NCBI RefSeq assembly: GCF_051097895.1
Contig: NZ_CP142525.1
Span: forward strand, 510,001 to 542,000
Direction: 5' to 3'
Length of the DNA: 32,000 bases
Source: Psychrobacter sp. HD31
Lineage (GTDB): Bacteria > Pseudomonadota > Gammaproteobacteria > Pseudomonadales > Moraxellaceae
Part shown: positions 27,214-32,000 of the stretch, piece by piece
How the letters are laid out: each line of letters begins with the position of its first letter
Numbering within the stretch: position 1 is the stretch's first letter
Notes under the pieces: generated by a model
What the model saw: the letters and a program-made list of their open reading frames with translations, nothing else
What the model was told of the DNA's origin: nothing
The model's database searches: none
Program-made: the position numbers and the translations under genes

Positions 27214-27342
27214 CAATTTTGAGCTAAGGTGAATAAACCAGGTAACTATTACCATGCTTTATAGAAGCTGAGTCACGATAAACTGGGGCAACCAACGAAC
27301 TGAGTCATTATCTGCTATAAGCCTGCTATCAGCAGCCTACAC

Positions 27343-28716
27343 TTAGGTAAATAACCCAATTTGGTGCTCTGATAATGCCTTTTGCCATTGTTGTAGCCGC
27401 TGTGTATCTTGTTTATCACCCACTAATTGTACGACTAAACCTTGACTGGACTTTGCATTAATTTTGCTAAGCTTACGCATCGTCCCTCTATCTGGTAAAG
27501 CATTAGCATCAATACCTAATAGTACCTGCACCTCGTTTTTATCAAGGTAGTCAATCAATTTTTCCATGTCATCTCGGCTATCTAAAATGCCAAAGTTATA
27601 AATTTCAGTTGCACTCTCTGTTAACGTCTTAGCATACCAATCTGGGTTAGCATGGGGATGTTCTAATAGTGCCACCAATTTGTTTCCTTGATGGATGGTT
27701 GCGGTGGGGGCAACAAAAGGGCTACTTTTTTCGACAAAGTCATCTTCATCAGTTACTGTACGAGACCAAAAATCCAAGATTTTTTGGTAATAGGGCAGTT
27801 TTATATCCAGTGCCATTTTTTTGCTATTAAACATTAAGGCACAAAAAAACCATAAAATCGCCCTTGGGACAATACCATACATAAGCAGACTACCAATAAG
27901 TAGCATTGCCCATTCATATGAGCTGACACCTTTTGTCGCTGTATTGGCGGCTTCTGTCATTTGAGTAGCAAATTGTTGAGATGCCAACACTTGTTCAGGG
28001 CTCGGCGTAGGGAACCCAACCAAGTTTGGTAACCAGGCCATCCAGCTCACTAAAGTGGCTATGGTTTGACCACTTAATAAGGTAGACTCCCAAGAAAAGT
28101 TATAATCGCGCACCATTAACAACACAATTAATGCAATCAGCATACCGGCAAGCGTTGCCAGCCATAGTTGATGGCTAATTCTACCTAAATACCAGCGCAT
28201 ACCTACATGGTGTAACTGTTTTTCATAAATGGCAACTGCTGAAGTGGTAATGTCATCTTTACCACGGATTAAGTGGCTGGGGCTAACAAAGCTTGCAAAA
28301 ATTGTGGGTTTATCGCCTTTAGTAAAAAGGGTCATGAGTATCCATGTAGCCAGCATGAATGTATGAAACCCAAGCAAACAAACTAAGACATAAAAAAAGT
28401 TAACCACATTGGCTTGTAACAGTGCAAATAAACCAGTAAAACCAGAAGCACACCAAACAACACTCATTATTAAAATAATCGCTTTAATACGCGTATCAAT
28501 TTTAGCTAATGTTTTTGCAATCTTACCATTGCTATCAATGAGTTGTGCACGTCGTTGCAATTTTTTTAGTCCACTTTCTTTTGATATTGTTTCTTTCTCA
28601 CTTTTCATTTTTTCGGTAATAAGAAGTGGATCAGTAGCAAAAATGTGATTGCGAGACTCAAGCTCGCGGACTAGTTCTGTCAGTTGATCTTTTTGGCTTA
28701 ACATAATTTTATTCAA
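27343..28716 (-). CDS. Multi-pass inner-membrane protein of unknown function (possibly DUF2868-like)
   Basis: 457 aa. A charged N-terminal segment of about 75 aa, then 4-5 hydrophobic helices (e.g. AIILIMSVVWCASGFTGLFALL, FFYVLVCLLGFHTFMLATWILMTLF, LWLATLAGMLIALIVLLMV, WAMLLIGSLLMYGIVPRAILWFFCALMF), then a soluble C-terminal domain of about 160 aa. No catalytic motif recognised. The DUF2868 assignment is from memory only. Confidence 0.7.
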   Translation of the reverse strand: MNKIMLSQKDQLTELVRELESRNHIFATDPLLITEKMKSEKETISKESGLKKLQRRAQLIDSNGKIAKTLAKIDTRIKAIILIMSVVWCASGFTGLFALLQANVVNFFYVLVCLLGFHTFMLATWILMTLFTKGDKPTIFASFVSPSHLIRGKDDITTSAVAIYEKQLHHVGMRWYLGRISHQLWLATLAGMLIALIVLLMVRDYNFSWESTLLSGQTIATLVSWMAWLPNLVGFPTPSPEQVLASQQFATQMTEAANTATKGVSSYEWAMLLIGSLLMYGIVPRAILWFFCALMFNSKKMALDIKLPYYQKILDFWSRTVTDEDDFVEKSSPFVAPTATIHQGNKLVALLEHPHANPDWYAKTLTESATEIYNFGILDSRDDMEKLIDYLDKNEVQVLLGIDANALPDRGTMRKLSKINAKSSQGLVVQLVGDKQDTQRLQQWQKALSEHQIGLFT

Positions 28717-28885
28717 ATTGGTGGTTAACGCTTACAGTATAACGAATTTATCTTAATGATTTCTATATGAGCTGTGTAATTCCCTGTTGTTATGCTTTAT
28801 GAAGGACGCTTTTATATATGATGAATATAAGGGGATATAAAATGTCACTTCATATTATGTATCATTTTTAAGTTCATTAGTTTGT

Positions 28886-29215
28886 CTACAAACAGTTTGG
28901 TGGCTTGGGCAACCCAGCAATGCGGTTAAGGTGCCTAGCAACTAAACCTGTGTTAAATAATTGTTGTAACTTTTGGTTGGTTATTTCTGATTCTGGTAAT
29001 TGTTGTTGCAAGTATTTAATGAGTGGTCGAGTTGCAGGAGGGTGGTTAAACTCGGCATAAAAATTACGAATAACAATTAAAATAGCGTGATGCTCATCAG
29101 TTAAAGTAATGTCGATTGTGTCGGCAAGTATTTGGGCAATTTGTTGCGACCAAATGGTATGGTCTAGTAAATGCCCATCTTCGTCTAGTGCTAAGTCGGT
29201 TGTTGTTTGAGTCAT
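28886..29215 (-). CDS. tusE: Sulfurtransferase TusE (DsrC family)
   Basis: 109 aa. DsrC/TusE fold pattern with a C-terminal arm ..RIAGLPKPPNCL carrying the conserved cysteine. Confidence 0.85.
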   Translation of the reverse strand: MTQTTTDLALDEDGHLLDHTIWSQQIAQILADTIDITLTDEHHAILIVIRNFYAEFNHPPATRPLIKYLQQQLPESEITNQKLQQLFNTGLVARHLNRIAGLPKPPNCL

Positions 29216-29230
29216 ATTTTTATTAAACTT

Positions 29231-29560
29231 TTATAGAGTAATTGTTTTGCTAACCTGTTGTGTTAATGCTACCCATTCATCATCAGTTAATATTTTTATC
29301 TGATGGCTCTCAAAATCAATGTTTTGTTTAGTGGTTGGTGCAAGTTGTTCAACATCCACTTTTAGCACATACCAGTTAATACTTGTTGCAATGTCCGGCT
29401 CTAATTCTAGCTCTGATAAATAAGCAAAAATCCAATCAATATAGGCGGCTGTATTTGCTAACAGTAAAACATGATCGCCTTGTTGCCAAACTTTTGTTAG
29501 CTCACGCAAGGTAGGCTTTAAAGAATCTATGTCATTGTATAATTGAAATAAAATGCTCAT
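29231..29560 (-). CDS. tusB: Sulfurtransferase complex subunit TusB (DsrH family)
   Basis: 109 aa. Third gene of a DsrE/F/H-type trio, with a DsrH-like pattern (GDHVLLL.., YVLKVD). Its ATG overlaps the tusC stop codon (TAATG at 29558-29562). Confidence 0.75.
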   Translation of the reverse strand: MSILFQLYNDIDSLKPTLRELTKVWQQGDHVLLLANTAAYIDWIFAYLSELELEPDIATSINWYVLKVDVEQLAPTTKQNIDFESHQIKILTDDEWVALTQQVSKTITL

Positions 29561-29883
29561 TAAAAGGTTAAAACCTCGTCAAAATTTTTTAGATTAATGG
29601 TTTCTGGCACGCTTGTTAGCTGTTTTGCTATTGTCATATCTAGCATGCCTGTAAGCCAACCACTAAACACATCGTCATTTAGCCAAGCTTTAGGTAAGTC
29701 GTATAAATCTAACGATTTAATCATGCCTGCTAGGCGGCTATTTGGGTTTAATAATATGCCAAAACAGGCAGAGTCTAGCCAAATTTGCACTTCATTATCA
29801 AAGGTGGCTAGCGTCATTGCTAATGCCATTGCTTCGTAACATTCAACCTCTTGGTTTGACTTTATTTTTAAAAGAATCTTCAT
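29560..29883 (-). CDS. tusC: Sulfurtransferase complex subunit TusC (DsrF family)
   Basis: 107 aa. DsrE/DsrF-like fold, positioned between tusD and tusB, and colinear with E. coli TusC (..SLDLYDL.. vs ..LLGLYDI..). Confidence 0.75.
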   Translation of the reverse strand: MKILLKIKSNQEVECYEAMALAMTLATFDNEVQIWLDSACFGILLNPNSRLAGMIKSLDLYDLPKAWLNDDVFSGWLTGMLDMTIAKQLTSVPETINLKNFDEVLTF

Positions 29884-29913
29884 TATCTATTTACTGTATA
29901 TCGGCATAAAAAA

Positions 29914-30294
29914 TTAAAATTGTATTACTTTGCTGTCTTGCATGGCTATTACCAGCTCGCTTAAACCAACCAAGCTAAATTCAGTTGCAAGATTATCTGC
30001 TGCTAGTGCGTGTCTTTGAGCATTTTGTTCATCGGTTATGCCACGGGTTAAAGCCGTACTCACACAAACGGGTAAATTAATGCCATAGACTTCGGCTAGT
30101 TGTTGCCAATCTTTGGTTAAATTTGGTTGGTCAGCAGATTGCCAAAGCAACTTGTTTGCAGTCATTGCGCCATCGCCATAAAAAAATACTTTTAAGCTTT
30201 TATCATCTTCATGTAAATAACTTTTAGCATAACGCAAGGCATAGGCTGCCATTGGGTGATAGGGCGATTTAGTAATAAGTAACAGGGTGTTCAT
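29914..30294 (-). CDS. tusD: Sulfurtransferase complex subunit TusD (DsrE family)
   Basis: 126 aa. DsrE-family N-terminus (LLLITKSPY) and the conserved active-site cysteine context (LPVCVSTALTRGI, compared with E. coli YVCVAAALRRG). Confidence 0.85.
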   Translation of the reverse strand: MNTLLLITKSPYHPMAAYALRYAKSYLHEDDKSLKVFFYGDGAMTANKLLWQSADQPNLTKDWQQLAEVYGINLPVCVSTALTRGITDEQNAQRHALAADNLATEFSLVGLSELVIAMQDSKVIQF

Positions 30295-30519
30295 AAATTA
30301 TTATCAGCATTATTGGTTTGCCGTTTTATTTTAACACTAGTGCCAGCGGGTTAAAACTATTTAAGTTATGAAATAAGCTGTCATAAAACTGCTATAAAAC
30401 TGCAATATAACCGTCAAACCCGATTGTTATAGTAAGCATAACTTAAAAAAAATTTAATTTTAAGTCGCACTGATGTTAATAAAAAAATAGAACAACGCAG
30501 GTTAGAGTAGAACAAGATA

Positions 30520-31839
30520 ATGCAAGATTTTAATGATACAAATATGATTTTTAAACAACAGAGTGAGGTATTACCAAACCTTGATACTCAAGAAATGCAG
30601 TATTGCCAATATAATCATAAAAAGCCAACATCAAAAACAGCAGAAAATAGCTTGCATATCCTACTTGTAACTGAAACATGGTTACCTGATATTAATGGTG
30701 TTGCTATGAGTTTGAACAACATCATGAACGCATTGGTAAAAATGGGACACAAAATTAGCCTTATACGCCCAAAAGCTAAATCTGTGCCGACGTCAAGCGA
30801 CCATAATAAGACACAACAGCATCGTACAGCAAATGTCCCTTTACAAAACGATATTGAAGTTAAGGGCATCCCCATCCCTAGGTATAAAGAACTCCAACTG
30901 GGGGTAGCCAGCAGTAAACAAATAAAAAAAATATTGGCAAAAATTAAACCAGACATTGTCCATATCGCAACCGAAGGTCCACTAGGGCTGTCTGCATTAA
31001 AGGCCGCTAAAAAGTGTAATTTACCTGTTACGACGGGATACCACACTCAATTTCATGATTTTAGTAAACATTTGGGTATGGGCATCATTGCCAGCCCCTT
31101 GATGGCTTATTTTAAATATCTACATAATGCCTCGTTAGCAACCTGTGTGCCTAGCCCAAAAACCCAAGACGACTTAACCAAGTTAGGTTTTAAGCGTATT
31201 TATCAAGTGGGTAGAGGGGTGGATACAACAGGATTTAATCCTAACAAAAGTAGTGACGCGCTACGTAAACAGTGGGGAGTCGCGAGTCAAGATACGGTAC
31301 TAGTTATGGTTAGCCGATTATCACCAGAAAAAGGCGTTGATATTGTTATAAAAGGATTTAATAAACTACAGCGCCAACAATTACACAGAGGGGCAAAACT
31401 GGTGATTGTGGGCGATGGACCAGATACAACCCGACTTAAAACAATGGCTAAGGGCAATGATGATATTATTTTTGCTGGTATGCAAAGGGGTGAAGACTTA
31501 GCCAAACATTATGCCAGCGGTGATGTTTTTGTATTTGCAAGTCAGGTAGAAACATTTGGCAATGTTGTGACAGAAGCAATGGCAAGTGGATTGGGTGTAT
31601 ATGCTTTTGATGATGCCGCTGCAGGGATGCTGGTAGATGACAGCTGTGGTGGCTTGGTAGCAGTAAATCAAACAGATGATTTTATTAAAATGGTAACCAA
31701 TTTACCAAAGCTACAAAAACTAAGACAGCAAGGTGAGCAAGCAAGAAAAAAGGTAGAGCAACTATCTTGGGGGCATCCTGCCAAGCAAATGTTAACCATG
31801 TTTAATGATGCCATTAAATACAATAGTGCCATTAATTAG
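30520..31839 (+). CDS. Glycosyltransferase, GT-B fold, family 4 (group 1)
   Basis: N-terminal GT4 domain (ILLVTETWLPDINGVAMS) and a C-terminal group-1 domain with the E-x7-E motif (ETFGNVVTEAMASG). About 45 non-conserved N-terminal residues leave the start uncertain; alternative ATGs are at 30544 and 30595. Confidence 0.85.
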   Translation: MQDFNDTNMIFKQQSEVLPNLDTQEMQYCQYNHKKPTSKTAENSLHILLVTETWLPDINGVAMSLNNIMNALVKMGHKISLIRPKAKSVPTSSDHNKTQQHRTANVPLQNDIEVKGIPIPRYKELQLGVASSKQIKKILAKIKPDIVHIATEGPLGLSALKAAKKCNLPVTTGYHTQFHDFSKHLGMGIIASPLMAYFKYLHNASLATCVPSPKTQDDLTKLGFKRIYQVGRGVDTTGFNPNKSSDALRKQWGVASQDTVLVMVSRLSPEKGVDIVIKGFNKLQRQQLHRGAKLVIVGDGPDTTRLKTMAKGNDDIIFAGMQRGEDLAKHYASGDVFVFASQVETFGNVVTEAMASGLGVYAFDDAAAGMLVDDSCGGLVAVNQTDDFIKMVTNLPKLQKLRQQGEQARKKVEQLSWGHPAKQMLTMFNDAIKYNSAIN

Positions 31840-31892
31840 TATGGATGAATACACTAATAAAATAGCAATAATATAAAAATGAGAGGTTTGTT

Positions 31893-32000
31893 ATGAAAAA
31901 GACACAGCCAAATCAGCAAATTAACAAACTCAATGTACTGTTAGATAAAGTACATGAACTACAAACCCATTATCAAGAAAAAGAAAATGGGGTTAACACT
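31893..32000 (+). CDS. Hypothetical protein, 5' partial (runs off the window)
   Basis: ATG at 31893 is preceded by GAGAGG (31881-31886) at good spacing. The frame stays open for 36 codons to the window end (MKKTQPNQQINKLNVLLDKVHELQTHYQEKENGVNT). Confidence 0.4.
   Translation, partial: MKKTQPNQQINKLNVLLDKVHELQTHYQEKENGVNT

Noticed and set aside
30615-31046. 143-aa antisense ORF inside the glycosyltransferase gene. Similar antisense or overlapping ORFs occur at 16206-16520, 11282-11587, 10925-11212, 2426-2750, 12092-12370 and 28409-28648.
   Set aside because: Each is fully embedded opposite or out of frame within a strongly supported conserved CDS. They show low-complexity or odd composition (Ser/Thr/Cys/Phe-rich) and have no RBS or motif. 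These are typical shadow ORFs.
1-32000. Mobile elements, CRISPR arrays, tRNA/rRNA genes, prophage or defence islands
   Set aside because: Reading by eye, all intergenic spacers are short (mostly under 330 bp, maximum 524 bp). None shows cloverleaf-like tRNA features, regularly spaced repeats, terminal inverted repeats with target duplications, or integrase/transposase ORFs. A proper tRNAscan, Infernal or ISfinder run was not possible here.

Overview
AT-rich chromosomal segment that looks like the core genome of a gammaproteobacterium. Protein similarities recalled from memory suggest Moraxellaceae, but this is unverified. About 26 genes are present and nearly all are housekeeping. In order: ung, tadA, cmk, rpsA, ihfB, a LapA-like membrane protein, argJ, sdaA (minus strand), aceE-aceF (no lpd follows), a very long hrpA, a long-form KAS III (FabH-like) gene, prfA, lysS, dnaX, a LysR regulator, argD and yacG (minus), a divergent TrmB-family methyltransferase, an uncharacterised multi-pass membrane protein, tusD-tusC-tusB-tusE (minus), a GT4 glycosyltransferase, and a partial ORF at each edge. 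Most transcription units end in clear rho-independent hairpins. I found no tRNA or rRNA genes, CRISPR arrays, IS elements, integrases, or anything resembling a defence or toxin island. I do not see a convincing novel multi-gene system. The strongest unexplained signal is a same-orientation cluster of DnaA boxes (two perfect TTATCCACA 9-mers and three near-matches) with an exact IHF-consensus match, in the 524-bp AT-rich spacer between hrpA and the KAS III gene. Gene orientation argues against oriC, so a datA- or DARS-like DnaA-handling site or a DnaA-controlled promoter is the working idea. Lesser observations: a possible -1 frameshift site in dnaX just before the C-terminal domain; lysine/asparagine-rich insertions in HrpA; an orphan membrane protein downstream of the tus operon; a TrmB-like enzyme lacking the DPW motif; two perfect 15-bp tandem duplications; and several candidate operator repeats. 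All calls come from reading the sequence and from remembered motifs. No searches or computations were run.
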